Shown: one piece after another, positions 10,194 through 21,159 of the stretch
How positions within the stretch are numbered: position 1 is the first letter of the stretch
Layout: each line of letters opens with the position of its first letter
Origin: Carpediemonas membranifera BICM
Taxonomy: Eukaryota > Protista > Fornicata
Direction: 5' to 3'
Length of the DNA stretch: 64,000 bases
Assembly (NCBI GenBank): GCA_019828565.1
Contig: JAHDYR010000025.1
Coordinates: forward strand, 744,001-808,000
Made by a program: the position numbers and the translations under genes
Notes under the pieces: model-generated
What the model was told of the DNA's origin: nothing
The model's database searches: none
What the model saw: the letters and a program-made list of their open reading frames with translations, nothing else

Positions 10194-10385
10194 CTGAGGC
10201 CTGCTGATGTTTTCGTCTCCAAAACTGCACGGCAATTTTCCAGAATTGCGGCAGGCGGACTACCTTGCCTCGCCCCGCCTCGGATGCGTTACGTAGAGCC
10301 CGGGTCAAGCATTGATTGGCTCCAAGTTTAAACGCCGATATTTGTTTTCCTTCCGCATGCAACCAGCCGAATTCCAACGTTCCAA

Positions 10386-11861
10386 ATGACGGCTGAGGCA
10401 TCTTCAAAAGACGCTGCAGCGATGCAGGTGCTTCATAATGCTTCGCTAAAGGACGCTATGCCAACACATAAGTTCGGAGGCCGTCCAGCCGGTCTCCTTC
10501 TTCCATTTGTAGCCGTCACGTGCTTCCTAGCCGTTAGTTTCGCCCAATACGTGTTCTTTGATATCCCCAGTAGTATAGGGCAGTACCTCATCGACGACAT
10601 AGGAATCAGGGAATCCCAGTACGGCTTCATCACGGCCATTTACTCCGTCCCAAACATCATCCTGCCTCTATTCGCCGGACTCCTGTGCGATAACTTCGGC
10701 CGTGCCCGGTCCTACATCCTGTACTACTCCCTCGTGGTCCTAGGATCATTCGTATTCAACCTGGGCGCTGCATATCCCGCCAGTGCCAACTCGTGGACTG
10801 CATTCATCGTCATGGTGCTGGGCAGGGGCATATTCGCACTAGGAGGTGATAACGGCCTGGTAGCGAATGATGTGATCATCTCTATGATCATGCCCAAGCG
10901 TTTCATCACGTTTTCGCTCACCATATCCATCTTGGTAGGCCGACTTGGTTCGTTTTTTGCAATGAATACGATTCCCTTCGCCGTGAGCAGGTTAGGGCTC
11001 ACCGCAGTCATGTACGGCACGATGCCGCTGCTCGTCCCCTTCACCCTTGCCTACCTCACCGCCGGAATCGTCGGGTACATCACGATCAAGCGCCGCAAGC
11101 TCATTCTCAAAGCGACGACAGTCAAGCCTGATGTCGAAGAGTTCCCTACCGCCGAGGCGGACGTCAGGCCTGCCACAACCCCCCTCTACGCCCGTGTCGG
11201 CGCCCTATTCCGCGTACCCTCGGTCGGAATCCTCCTCGCCCTCCTCATCCTGCCCTCTGCGGGCATAGTAGGCTTCGGCTGGACCTCTGTGGGCCAGGTC
11301 GTCCTCGTCGCCCGCTGCGGGTTGAGTCCGACTGCCGCATCCCGACTCGTCTCAGTCACTGAGCTCATCGCCATGGTCTCCCCACTGTGGGGTTTCCTGA
11401 TCGACAGACTACGCGGCCAGCTGCTACTGATGATCATCTCGGCGCTGTGCTCCATCACGGCGTTCGCCATGCTCATTATCACCCCCCGTTGGCCGTTGAT
11501 ACCTATGATCATGCAGGGCCTCGCCTTCTCCATAGTCACGCCGTCATGTTGGTCCTCTGTGCCCCTCTGCCTGCCCAAGGCCAAGATCGGCATCACCCTT
11601 GGCCTGCTAACGTGCTCACTCAACCTGGGCATGGCGCTGACTGGCTTCATCGGGCCCACGCTGCTCAACATCGACCCGAGGGTGACATTGCTCTGGTTCC
11701 TGGGCGCAGGGGTGCTCACACTGATTGTCACAGCCGTATTTATCGTTTACGACATCTTTGGTAACAAGGGCAGGCTGATTTGGAACCGGTGGAGTGGTTT
11801 GGACGTTGAGGACGCTGTTGTTATCGAGAACAAGCTCTACGCCACCGCCAACCAGAGCTAG
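10386..11861 (+). CDS. Major facilitator superfamily transporter (MFSD1-like)
   Basis: About 12 hydrophobic segments; YSVPNIILPLFAGLLCDNFG, GRGIFALGG and WGFLIDRLRG motif-A-like loops. Confidence 0.88.
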   Translation: MTAEASSKDAAAMQVLHNASLKDAMPTHKFGGRPAGLLLPFVAVTCFLAVSFAQYVFFDIPSSIGQYLIDDIGIRESQYGFITAIYSVPNIILPLFAGLLCDNFGRARSYILYYSLVVLGSFVFNLGAAYPASANSWTAFIVMVLGRGIFALGGDNGLVANDVIISMIMPKRFITFSLTISILVGRLGSFFAMNTIPFAVSRLGLTAVMYGTMPLLVPFTLAYLTAGIVGYITIKRRKLILKATTVKPDVEEFPTAEADVRPATTPLYARVGALFRVPSVGILLALLILPSAGIVGFGWTSVGQVVLVARCGLSPTAASRLVSVTELIAMVSPLWGFLIDRLRGQLLLMIISALCSITAFAMLIITPRWPLIPMIMQGLAFSIVTPSCWSSVPLCLPKAKIGITLGLLTCSLNLGMALTGFIGPTLLNIDPRVTLLWFLGAGVLTLIVTAVFIVYDIFGNKGRLIWNRWSGLDVEDAVVIENKLYATANQS

Positions 11862-11932
11862 AGGGTTGCTAAATTAGTACGGGCCTGCTGGCTCATTAGC
11901 GCAATAAACTCGACGTGTCCATAATTCAAAAA

Positions 11933-13075
11933 TCAGATCAGATCTCCAATATCGACACCGGAGATCAAAAGATCCATCTGCGCCTCAATACTAGTAGTCC
12001 TACTGAACTTGCTCGTGTCATTCAACGGAGTGTAGCCATTCGCCAGGGGAGAGGTCGAGCCCTCGCCCTTGGTCTGGACGAGTCTCAGGTCCTCCTCGTG
12101 GGGATCTGGACCGTATAAGAAGGTCATCGCCATGATCGCCATGGAAAGGGGAAGGACCTCGACGAGGGTGAGGTAGCTCGTCATAAACAAGTCGCACCCA
12201 ATGGCATCATAGGCCCAGTTGAATGCGGCTAGAGGCAGGAAGCTGGGAAAGGGAAGCGAGAGGATCTCGATGGAGGACTCGGCGGCTCGGACGACGACGG
12301 AGAACAGGGCAAGGGCGACCACGACGATGAGCACGGCAACCTGCCGAAATCGACCCGCCCCGAGCCTGGCAACGAGGTACACTAAAGAGGCTGCGAGCAT
12401 GGGTGAGGCAAGGAAATACAGCAGCGCCTCAGTCCCGTTCCACCAGAGGTCTATGCAGTCCGTCCACAGCGCTATGGGGATGCTGGCGGCGAGTATGCAT
12501 GCGTACACTACAAGGTGGAGCCCCACTAGGCCACCGAGCAGGAGACCGAGGACCCTGTTGAGACGGAGGACCGACGGCTGGGCAGGATCGAGCTTGCCTG
12601 CTATCAGGGGGGCCTTGGTTCGTCCTATGGCCAGTGTGACTGCCCGTGGGACAGTGATGGTCGGGGCGGGGGCGACGGCAACTGCCCAGAGCGCGGCCAG
12701 CATCCATAGGGCAAGGAGGATACAGGGGGCGGCTGTGTTGAGTGTCTCCATGGCTATCTTGGTCGTCAGTGACACGTGCGTGCTATTAAACCGGAGCTGC
12801 TCCGAGGTAATGATGCCGCTGAGGCGGGTGAACGAAAATGCGGTAATGAAGAATGCCGCGGCCACCTCGAAGTTCTCACGCACACGGAAGGCAAAAGCTC
12901 GTCGTAAGTTCATCCGTCCGCGGCGAGAGAAGCGGAGGGTGAGGTCCACGATGATGTACACGCAGCTGATGAGGAGAATGAACATGTAGAAGCCTACGAG
13001 GAGAATCTGAACGGCGGAACGGTTTAGAGATTCGCTATCGGCGCACATGTAGGCTATTCTTCGGATTCCACCCAT
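11933..13075 (-). CDS. Multi-pass membrane protein (about 7 TM); 5' end may extend through an unresolved upstream exon
   Basis: 380-aa ORF with several long hydrophobic stretches. Confidence 0.65.
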   Translation of the reverse strand: MGGIRRIAYMCADSESLNRSAVQILLVGFYMFILLISCVYIIVDLTLRFSRRGRMNLRRAFAFRVRENFEVAAAFFITAFSFTRLSGIITSEQLRFNSTHVSLTTKIAMETLNTAAPCILLALWMLAALWAVAVAPAPTITVPRAVTLAIGRTKAPLIAGKLDPAQPSVLRLNRVLGLLLGGLVGLHLVVYACILAASIPIALWTDCIDLWWNGTEALLYFLASPMLAASLVYLVARLGAGRFRQVAVLIVVVALALFSVVVRAAESSIEILSLPFPSFLPLAAFNWAYDAIGCDLFMTSYLTLVEVLPLSMAIMAMTFLYGPDPHEEDLRLVQTKGEGSTSPLANGYTPLNDTSKFSRTTSIEAQMDLLISGVDIGDLI

Positions 13076-13520
13076 TTGATACCAGATGCGTGCGGGCGTG
13101 TCCTCGGATTCCCATCAAATCTGAATCTGATTGGATACTCACGAGTAAGCTGTCCTCGTCGAGCAGTATAGCGTATGCCAGCGTTTCTGGATGGCTATAA
13201 TCGCCGGGTGTCGACCCAAACTCAAATGGCACTGACCCATGTGTCCCAGCCCAACGTACGATCTTCCAAGGACCCCCATGCTTGTTAGAGAGATGGTAAT
13301 CATCTTGTTCTATTCTACAGCATGGGAGTGTCGAGCTGCACTTAGTCCGCCTCCATGCATGGCCGTCCCGATGCCGGGACTTGATTAGTGAGGGAGCAGC
13401 GGGCTGAGTCCGAGATCAAGCCATTGCACGGGTGCTGGTGTATTCATCCCGAACAGTGCCGTGCGTTCACGTGCAGAGCCATTTACGGCAACAATAAATC
13501 GCTCGGCAACCAAAATTCAG

Positions 13521-16500
13521 ATGGCCGAGGAACCCTTAAAGCCTGTATTGAGCTCGCCATCGCTATTTAGACGTGACTCCGTAGCAATATCGAGCGATGG
13601 GTCCATTCAGCTTGCCGTCTGCGGAAACTCTCTGGCCATATTCAACCGTCTGTTCGATTCAGAGGTACACAACACATTTGGCGAGATTGGTGCGGTCTGC
13701 ATGCATCCTTCTGCTTCCATTGCCGCCGTAGGCCTCACTACGGAGGATGGCCCTCAGATTTCTCTCCTTCGTTGCGTCGGTGGGGAGCGTCCGGGGTTCT
13801 CGGCCCTCGCACAGGTGAAGAGCAAGGATTTCGCCGAGCCCTTTGCCAAGAAGAGCATCTCTACGATGTCTTTCAACCGTTCAGGCACTCTTCTCGCCGT
13901 CGTTGCCGGCGCACCCGACTTTATGTTCACCATTTGGGACATCACCGACGTTGTCGACGGCACTGGCTCAACTCTGAAGCTCTTCCACCGCGTCAAGGCC
14001 TTTTCACAGGACGTATACCGCGTAGCCTTCACGTCCTCCGACGTAGTGGCCGAGGGGGCGCAGCCTCTTCTCACCGGTGGCTTGGGTCACATCCGGTTCT
14101 GGGAAATGGGCACCACGTTCACGGGCGAGAAGCTTATGGGCGAGGTAGGCAAGTTCGGCGCCCTCGACATCTCCGACACGCCCGGATTCGTCATAGCCGA
14201 CTCCAACACTTTCATCTCAGGCACAGAGGGCGGCGACGTCATTCTCTGGTCTGGTGACCGCACCATCAAGCTCGTACTCGCCCTCAACGCCACGTCTGAC
14301 ACACACACGCCCGTGCACTCTGGTGCTATCGAGTTTGTGTGCACTATTGACAAGGCCGAGTTCAACCCCGACCTCCGCTTCGGACCGGACGAGGAGAACC
14401 GCAGTCAGCTTCTCCTCACCTCTGGCCACGACGGCTGGATCAAGATGTGGGATCTGAAGGCGATCACCCTCGCGGAGACAGAGAATTCGCTGTTCTTCGA
14501 GATCAAGCCCGTGGCCGAGCTCCACGTTGGCTCTCCCGTCCATATATCGCGTGTATTCATCCAAGACCACGCCTTCCTCGTCCACGATGCTCTGGGCCGC
14601 GTCCTCCGCGTCCCCCACAAGGGCGGGTCGGTGGAGTGCCTGCTCGAGGCTCACAGTGGTCCCACGGTCGCCGACTCCCACCCCAGAGGCTACCTCGCCA
14701 CCGGTTGTGAGGGTGGCCGCGTGATCATCCGTAGCGTGGACCACGACGGCGCCGCTGTCCTCTCGTCGCGCACTTTTGTCACCACGGGCGGGGCAGACGA
14801 CGAAACCCACAGTCCACGCCCCCACTCCGTCTCCTCCGTCCGCTGGGCGCCATCGGACACCTTCTCCAGCCAGGACGGCGGTGATGGTGTCCACCTTGTC
14901 GTCGGCTTCACTGACGGTGCCGTCGCCTTGACGACTTTGAGCAAGGACTCTAACCAGATGGCGATGGCCTGCCGCTACACGCACGCCCTCGCCCTAGCCT
15001 CCATTCAGCGGCCCCACGCGGCGACCGTGACGGACATCTGCTTCGTCTCCGGCGAGATGCTCATGTGTTCCCTCGCGGCCGACGGGACCGTCTTTTTCTT
15101 CTACACGTCCGTCTCTGAGCGCGAACACGGCCGCCCCACGCTCATCCCACTGGGCTTTGTCAAGCTCAACACTGGTGACGACTCGCCCCTCCGCATTGTC
15201 TCGCCGTCGGATGCCATTGGAGACCAGTACGTCGTTGTCGTCACCAAGGGCCACAAGCTCTTCTACATCGACTTGGGCGACGGATTCTTGCCCAGCCCCA
15301 CGAACGCCGGCCACCTCAAATCATTTGATTTGCTCGCCCCCACCGGCATGGAGTCACACGTCCAGGAGTACAACCTGCGGATCACGCAGGCAGCGCTGCC
15401 CAAGCAGGAGGAGGTCAAGATCACTGCCGGACTCGCAGCAGCCGAGCGGGAGCGCATCATCGCCGAGAAGAAGGCTGCCGCGGGCCTCGCCTACGACCCA
15501 GACGACGATCCCGAAGTTTCCCCCGAGTATCTGGCCAACCTCATCACCCAGGAGCCCACCAACCAGCTCAAGTTTACTGTTGTCGGCCTCGAGCCCCGCA
15601 CTGGCGCCACGCACGACCTCGTCGTCGCTGTTGGTGAGAACATCGGCACGTTTGGCCCCAGCCGCCTGACCAAGGCCCGTGCCCACCGCAGATCATGCCT
15701 GGTGTACTCGCTGGAGCTCCCGTCGCGTCCCAAGGTGGAAAACGGCATCATCACGGCCACAACCCCGGATATTAACGATCCCGCGGCATTCATCGAAAGC
15801 CGCAAGGTCGAGATCAACACTGATAGCCCAATCGCCGCCGTCCGCCGCGTCCAATCCGGCGAAGACGCTTTCATGGTCGCCCTCAAGTCTGGCAAGCTCG
15901 GCCTCCAGGTTCCCGGCGAGCGGGGCGACAAGGGTCAACTCACGCTCATCCAGGGCCACAACGAGAACTACAGCGTCACTTCTCTCGCCCCGCTGTCCGA
16001 CGGGTCGAACCTCAGCATCGCCTCGGCCACGAGCGACGGCTCGGTACTAGTGACCGCCACGACCCACCGGTTTGTACCAGACGTGGCCCTCAGTGACGAC
16101 TCGCTCTCTGTAGCCGTGGTACCCTGGGAACCGGTCGACCTGCCCGCTGAGCAGCCGCTGACTCTTCAGCAGGACCTCCTCAAGAGAAACAGATCTGAAC
16201 GCGAGGCCACTGCTGAGCGGCTCAAGGCTGCGATGGTTGACTCAATCAACGAGCTCCGCCGCAGGTTTACCCAGACCATCGATGAATACGGCGAAGTGCT
16301 CAAGCACGGCGCAGTCGGCGGCGTGGGTCGCTTCACACTCGAGGTCGACCCCCTCCTCCGCTCCACCCTCGCTGAACGGAAGGCCGCTGGGATCGAGCGG
16401 GCGGCTGCGGAAAAGCGGTGGCACCAGGAGCTTGCCAGACTCAAAATGGTCAAGGTGCTCGAGGCGACCAAGGGAAGTCTCGAGTTCGACGGGCGCGAGC

Positions 16501-18917
16501 TTGTCTCGTTCGACGGTAAGAGCGCTGTCAGCTCGTTCAAGGTCACCAAGCTTTCCGAGGAACTCCTCGACAAGCTCCGCGAGCTCGATGTTGAGAGCGC
16601 AGCCTCCGTCCCCGACGAGGACACCGCCTCCAACTCCGAGGAAGAGGAGGAAGACGCCGAGACTGCCGTCCTCGACGCACTCGAACACACAGTCATGGAC
16701 CCTAACTCAAACTCCGCCCTGAGCAAGGTCGAGGCGAGGAAGGTGCGGAGAGCCCAGCGGAAGGCGAAGAAGATCGCCCTCCTCGCTCAGAAACCGAAGG
16801 AAGGCGACCACGCCCCCGCTGATGTCAAGGCCATCGAGGCTGCACAGAAGGACACCGGCGTATGGCACCTCAAGTCCGAGCCTGAGTACGTTGTGCCCGA
16901 AGGCGAGCAGGTTAACGCAGCGATCAAAAGAAAGCAGCTGTTGCTCCTCCAGAGGGCGCGGCACCGCATCATGAGCGAGTTCAACGACCACTTCCTCCAG
17001 GCGCTGTGGGACAAGCAGGACATCGTCAAGGACGCCCGCCGCACCCGTACACGCATCGATCAGCTCGGCGTCATCGCCGCTGAGCTCGCCAAACGGGAGC
17101 CGTCCGTCGCTGAGCAGCTTAAGGAGGTCATGAAGCCGGCTACCGAGCTCGACGCGCTTGTGCTTAAGCCCGCGGAGGTGTCATCCAAGCCGGTCAGCCC
17201 GGCCCACACGATTACACTCAAGCAGTACCGCCAGTGGCTTTATGAGACCCGACGCGCTGAAGTTATCGCCAAGAGGGCCGAGCAGGCTGACGCATCTGGT
17301 GGCTTCGGCGGCCTAAAAAAGACTGTCGAGGCCGGCGCTGAGGAGGTCACCGAGGAGGAGATCGGCGACATCAACACGCCATGGGACCACTTGCCCGATG
17401 AAACCCTGCTCGACGGCAACACCATGCAGCTCGCCGACCAGGCCGAGACGGAGGAGGCTGAGCAGGATGCAACGCCGTCCCTCCCCGGCTACATCTCCAG
17501 AGCGGACGCCAGACGCATGGCTGCCGCCGTGGTGCTCGAACGCAACCGCCAGATTGCCCGCATAGAGAAGCGCGCTGCCACGTTCAACCACCGCGTGCAC
17601 GCCCTCTTTACCGAGCGGGTCGGCGTTAGCTCTGACCTCACCCAAGCGGAGATGACCAGACTCACACTCAAGCAGGAGGCCGCACTTCTTCAGGAGTTCG
17701 AGCGTTCTGACGTGACGCTGATGTCCCAGCTCGCGAAGGCCCAGACGGACCTCCAGGCGATCCAGAGCAAAATTAATAGATTCGAATCGGATCTCGAGGG
17801 TCATTCGACCCAGGCCAAATCTCTCGCTGCACGCGACCAGGACCTCCAGCAGAAGCTCGAGGATCTCGTTGGCGATTCCCCCCACGCCGAGCTCCTCCGC
17901 AAGCTGTTCAACAAGCGTATCCAGGCCGACGACGACTCAGACGACTCAGACTCGGATGACGATGACTGGGAGAACATGGATTTCGACTTGTCGGACTCGG
18001 ATGAGGAGATCGAGTGCCCCTCTGGGTGCCCGCAGGCCTTGTTTGACGAGGTGCAGGAGCTCAGAGTCCAGCGGGCCAGCCTCGCTGAGGAGAAGGCGGC
18101 ATTTGTCAAGGTGGTCGAGGAGCTGAAGAAGAAACACGCGTCACACCAGAAGCAGGAACATGCGCTGTCCTCCGTGGTCAACAAGACGCAGGCTGAGATC
18201 CAGCAGTATCAAACAGAGAAGCAGGCTCGGCTCAACATCCTGCCGGCCTCCGTCCCGCTCCATGTGTCCCAGATTTACGTCGACCCGACTCCGGAGCAGT
18301 TTAAGACAGCTGTGGTCTTCCCAGCGAATGGAATTGACATCCTGCAGCAACGTATTGACGCGCACGAGGTGCAGACCGCTGCCCTGAAGAGGGATGTCGG
18401 AACCCTGAAGAAGCAGCGTGGCCAGCTGCAACGTGACCTCAAGGCCCTTGAGGCTGACCTTGCCAAGGCAGAGGCGGACAAGAGCGAGGCGCAGACTGTC
18501 CGCTTTGGTCAGGAAGTTGACCTGGAACGCATCGATTCACTCACCATTAACGAGCGTGCGATTCAGCTCCAGCGTTCCATTGATGAAACGAAGGCGTCTT
18601 TCCAGCGACAGGAGGCGCAGCTCCGCGAAACTTTGATGAACGTCAAGGAGCAGAGCTTCGAGGCGATGCGCAAGAACACCGCCGCGCTTACCAAGTGCGG
18701 TGACCTGCTCGATGCTTCTCACAAGATGCAGCGCACACTTGTCGGCAGCGAGAAGGGGACAAGCGGTGGGTTCGAGACCGATAAGAAGAAGGATATCGAG
18801 GACATCAAGCGGCTCAAGGCGCAGCTTATCAGGGCGACGGAGGAGGTGGATGCGCTTAGGGCGGAGATCAACGTACTGACGAGGAAGTCTGGTTACATCT
18901 ACACTGATGCCCAGTAG
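13521..18917 (+). CDS. CFAP44: Cilia- and flagella-associated protein 44 (WDR52)
   Basis: N-terminal WD40 region with APDFMFTIWD, KAFSQDVYRVAF and GHIRFWEMGTTFTGEKLMGEVGKFG; C-terminal coiled coils with an acidic patch followed by CPSGCPQALFDEV. Confidence 0.88.
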   Translation: MAEEPLKPVLSSPSLFRRDSVAISSDGSIQLAVCGNSLAIFNRLFDSEVHNTFGEIGAVCMHPSASIAAVGLTTEDGPQISLLRCVGGERPGFSALAQVKSKDFAEPFAKKSISTMSFNRSGTLLAVVAGAPDFMFTIWDITDVVDGTGSTLKLFHRVKAFSQDVYRVAFTSSDVVAEGAQPLLTGGLGHIRFWEMGTTFTGEKLMGEVGKFGALDISDTPGFVIADSNTFISGTEGGDVILWSGDRTIKLVLALNATSDTHTPVHSGAIEFVCTIDKAEFNPDLRFGPDEENRSQLLLTSGHDGWIKMWDLKAITLAETENSLFFEIKPVAELHVGSPVHISRVFIQDHAFLVHDALGRVLRVPHKGGSVECLLEAHSGPTVADSHPRGYLATGCEGGRVIIRSVDHDGAAVLSSRTFVTTGGADDETHSPRPHSVSSVRWAPSDTFSSQDGGDGVHLVVGFTDGAVALTTLSKDSNQMAMACRYTHALALASIQRPHAATVTDICFVSGEMLMCSLAADGTVFFFYTSVSEREHGRPTLIPLGFVKLNTGDDSPLRIVSPSDAIGDQYVVVVTKGHKLFYIDLGDGFLPSPTNAGHLKSFDLLAPTGMESHVQEYNLRITQAALPKQEEVKITAGLAAAERERIIAEKKAAAGLAYDPDDDPEVSPEYLANLITQEPTNQLKFTVVGLEPRTGATHDLVVAVGENIGTFGPSRLTKARAHRRSCLVYSLELPSRPKVENGIITATTPDINDPAAFIESRKVEINTDSPIAAVRRVQSGEDAFMVALKSGKLGLQVPGERGDKGQLTLIQGHNENYSVTSLAPLSDGSNLSIASATSDGSVLVTATTHRFVPDVALSDDSLSVAVVPWEPVDLPAEQPLTLQQDLLKRNRSEREATAERLKAAMVDSINELRRRFTQTIDEYGEVLKHGAVGGVGRFTLEVDPLLRSTLAERKAAGIERAAAEKRWHQELARLKMVKVLEATKGSLEFDGRELVSFDGKSAVSSFKVTKLSEELLDKLRELDVESAASVPDEDTASNSEEEEEDAETAVLDALEHTVMDPNSNSALSKVEARKVRRAQRKAKKIALLAQKPKEGDHAPADVKAIEAAQKDTGVWHLKSEPEYVVPEGEQVNAAIKRKQLLLLQRARHRIMSEFNDHFLQALWDKQDIVKDARRTRTRIDQLGVIAAELAKREPSVAEQLKEVMKPATELDALVLKPAEVSSKPVSPAHTITLKQYRQWLYETRRAEVIAKRAEQADASGGFGGLKKTVEAGAEEVTEEEIGDINTPWDHLPDETLLDGNTMQLADQAETEEAEQDATPSLPGYISRADARRMAAAVVLERNRQIARIEKRAATFNHRVHALFTERVGVSSDLTQAEMTRLTLKQEAALLQEFERSDVTLMSQLAKAQTDLQAIQSKINRFESDLEGHSTQAKSLAARDQDLQQKLEDLVGDSPHAELLRKLFNKRIQADDDSDDSDSDDDDWENMDFDLSDSDEEIECPSGCPQALFDEVQELRVQRASLAEEKAAFVKVVEELKKKHASHQKQEHALSSVVNKTQAEIQQYQTEKQARLNILPASVPLHVSQIYVDPTPEQFKTAVVFPANGIDILQQRIDAHEVQTAALKRDVGTLKKQRGQLQRDLKALEADLAKAEADKSEAQTVRFGQEVDLERIDSLTINERAIQLQRSIDETKASFQRQEAQLRETLMNVKEQSFEAMRKNTAALTKCGDLLDASHKMQRTLVGSEKGTSGGFETDKKKDIEDIKRLKAQLIRATEEVDALRAEINVLTRKSGYIYTDAQ

Positions 18918-19194
18918 TGTATAAAGGATGATGATGGACTCAGCTGACCGTAGAATCTGAATCGCCCAACCACACTGGCCAAGTGCTCGCAGAAGTACGG
19001 TTGCGGGCACTGGCGCAGCCGGGCAGGGTCACTCGCCCTCAGCACCACTGTTCACCCAAGACTCTCTTTCACACTCATGCCGAGGCGCCTGTCTCTGGCC
19101 GGGGCACAGTTTCCCTGCCAGCCATGAGGCCTGGTGCATGGGGTACGGCGGGGTGTCCGACTGCAGCCGAGTTGCTTGGCAACGAACGAACGAC

Positions 19195-20880
19195 ATGAGC
19201 AATGAAGGCAAGAAGACGCGAGAGGCGCTAATCACTGCCCATCGGCTCTCAATCACGGCTACGAGCAGCATCGCAGGCGACATCCCCTCGCTCATCGCCT
19301 GCGCGTACCAGCGCCACTTCGACGAGGAGATTCCGCTCAGATCTGGCGTGCTGTCCGCATTCAAGACGTTTATCCACAATCATACAACCACAGACGCGCC
19401 GCAAGATGGCCACGATCTCGAATCACTCCTCGCCATGCTCTCAGAGATCCCTCCTCTCGAGCCATCCGCTCAAGCCCTCCTCGACCGCGCCCGCTCGATC
19501 CTCACCAGCGGCCCCCCGCTGTCCATGAACGTCGAGCTCGCGGACGGCGAGGAGCTCCCGGTCGCCATGCACACGCTGAACCAGGGCGCGGTGTGGGCGT
19601 GTCTGGTGGGTGGCGGGGCCAACCCCGACCTCGAGGACAGGGTGCTGAACGAGGCTCGAGAGGAGCAGCCAGGTAAGACTAATATGCATGACAAGATCCG
19701 CAAGACCCTCCCGCCCGAGGCCAAATGCCTCTGGTTCCTCTGCCGCAAGTTCTTCTTCTCGCTGAACGTCGCCGAGAAGGACGGCGAGAGCTGTCAGTAC
19801 ACGGGAATAGGCAGTTGCTACCACCACCGCATGTACATGGGCCGACTCTTCATGTTCGACACTGCCAAGCACGCCGCCCTCACCAGGGCCAGGATGCCCA
19901 GGGCCCTCGAGGTCTACAGCGACAGGTACACCCACATCGCCAGTACGCCCAAGGGCCTGTGGGGCTGGGGGGAGAACTATTATGGTCAGCTGGGGTTCCA
20001 GTCATCTGGGTTCGTCGACCCGACCCGCCTCACCTTCCCCGCCTGCCCCAAGGTCGCCGAGCTCGAGGCCAGCCTGCCCGCCTGGGAGAAGCACAGGGTA
20101 GTGACTGATGTGATAATCATGGGATCTATGACGACAGAGGACAATCGGACGTTTATTCTCACCCCAGTCGGCACTGTCATGGCGGGCGACAATGCAAGCT
20201 GGTATACAGGCCGTGTTGCAGATGACAATGATTACCTCTTCCATTCAGTAGGAGTACCCTCCGGCTTTGTCCCAGAGCATATCATGCACGACCGGAAAGG
20301 CACTGTCATTCTCTCAATGGGCGATCGGCAGGTGATCAGTGGAAACAAGATGCATGGCCAGCTGGGGCTCGGGCACGAGAATGATATGGCTGGCTTCGAG
20401 GAGCTTCCTTTCAGAGTCGACCGGATCATGCCATCTCATTCCTTCCATGTCTTCCTCAGCAGCCGTCAGCTGCTGTTCGCCGGGCAAGTCCTCTCTCATA
20501 TCGTCCAGTCTGGCCTGTTGCCAGGATACAGAGAGGGCGACAGGTGCCTCACAGCCACCCCGCTCCGCTTCCTTGCGAGGGTCAAGGGGTTCTTTTGTGA
20601 CCAGTTGACTCTCGTCTGGGTCAATGAGGGCAGCACTCATCTGTGTGATTACGACAAGCAGTGCTCTGTGCCCTTTGAGGCGACAGCACTTGGCAGAAGA
20701 ATGTCAGGTGGCCAGTGTGTCCATTCGTTCCGCGACCCCACCGACCAGTGGTTCAAAGTGGGCAGAGTGTCAGATGGGGTGGCTGAGCTGGTCGCGTGTG
20801 TGCCGCCATCTTCTCGAGAAGAGCGTGAGATTACCCCAGTCGACGTCGACCCGTGGACCCCGGCCGAGACGGGCATCTGA
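19195..20880 (+). CDS. RCC1-like repeat multigene family member, copy 1
   Basis: LWGWGENYYGQLG and ISGNKMHGQLGLG RCC1-type motifs; paralogue at 31255-32903 and fragments at 51892-52552. Confidence 0.8.
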   Translation: MSNEGKKTREALITAHRLSITATSSIAGDIPSLIACAYQRHFDEEIPLRSGVLSAFKTFIHNHTTTDAPQDGHDLESLLAMLSEIPPLEPSAQALLDRARSILTSGPPLSMNVELADGEELPVAMHTLNQGAVWACLVGGGANPDLEDRVLNEAREEQPGKTNMHDKIRKTLPPEAKCLWFLCRKFFFSLNVAEKDGESCQYTGIGSCYHHRMYMGRLFMFDTAKHAALTRARMPRALEVYSDRYTHIASTPKGLWGWGENYYGQLGFQSSGFVDPTRLTFPACPKVAELEASLPAWEKHRVVTDVIIMGSMTTEDNRTFILTPVGTVMAGDNASWYTGRVADDNDYLFHSVGVPSGFVPEHIMHDRKGTVILSMGDRQVISGNKMHGQLGLGHENDMAGFEELPFRVDRIMPSHSFHVFLSSRQLLFAGQVLSHIVQSGLLPGYREGDRCLTATPLRFLARVKGFFCDQLTLVWVNEGSTHLCDYDKQCSVPFEATALGRRMSGGQCVHSFRDPTDQWFKVGRVSDGVAELVACVPPSSREEREITPVDVDPWTPAETGI

Positions 20881-21159
20881 ATGAGCCTTCAGACGCTGGA
20901 GCGCCTGAAGCGTGGTTGGCATAAAAGAACTCATCAAACCCAGTTTGCTTTATAGCTGACGCGTGCATGCAGGAAGAGTCACTCACACCACGTGGTTGAC
21001 AGGCACAATCTCGTCGGCCCGAAGCACGAAGAGGAGCTCGTCCATGCTGCCGTCATCCATCGCCATGGGCTCCCCGAACGTCGGCATGTCGACGTTCCAT
21101 TCCTCGCTGGTCACATCAAGTGAGGTGACGCATCAACGTCCACTGCACACCGGCCCAAG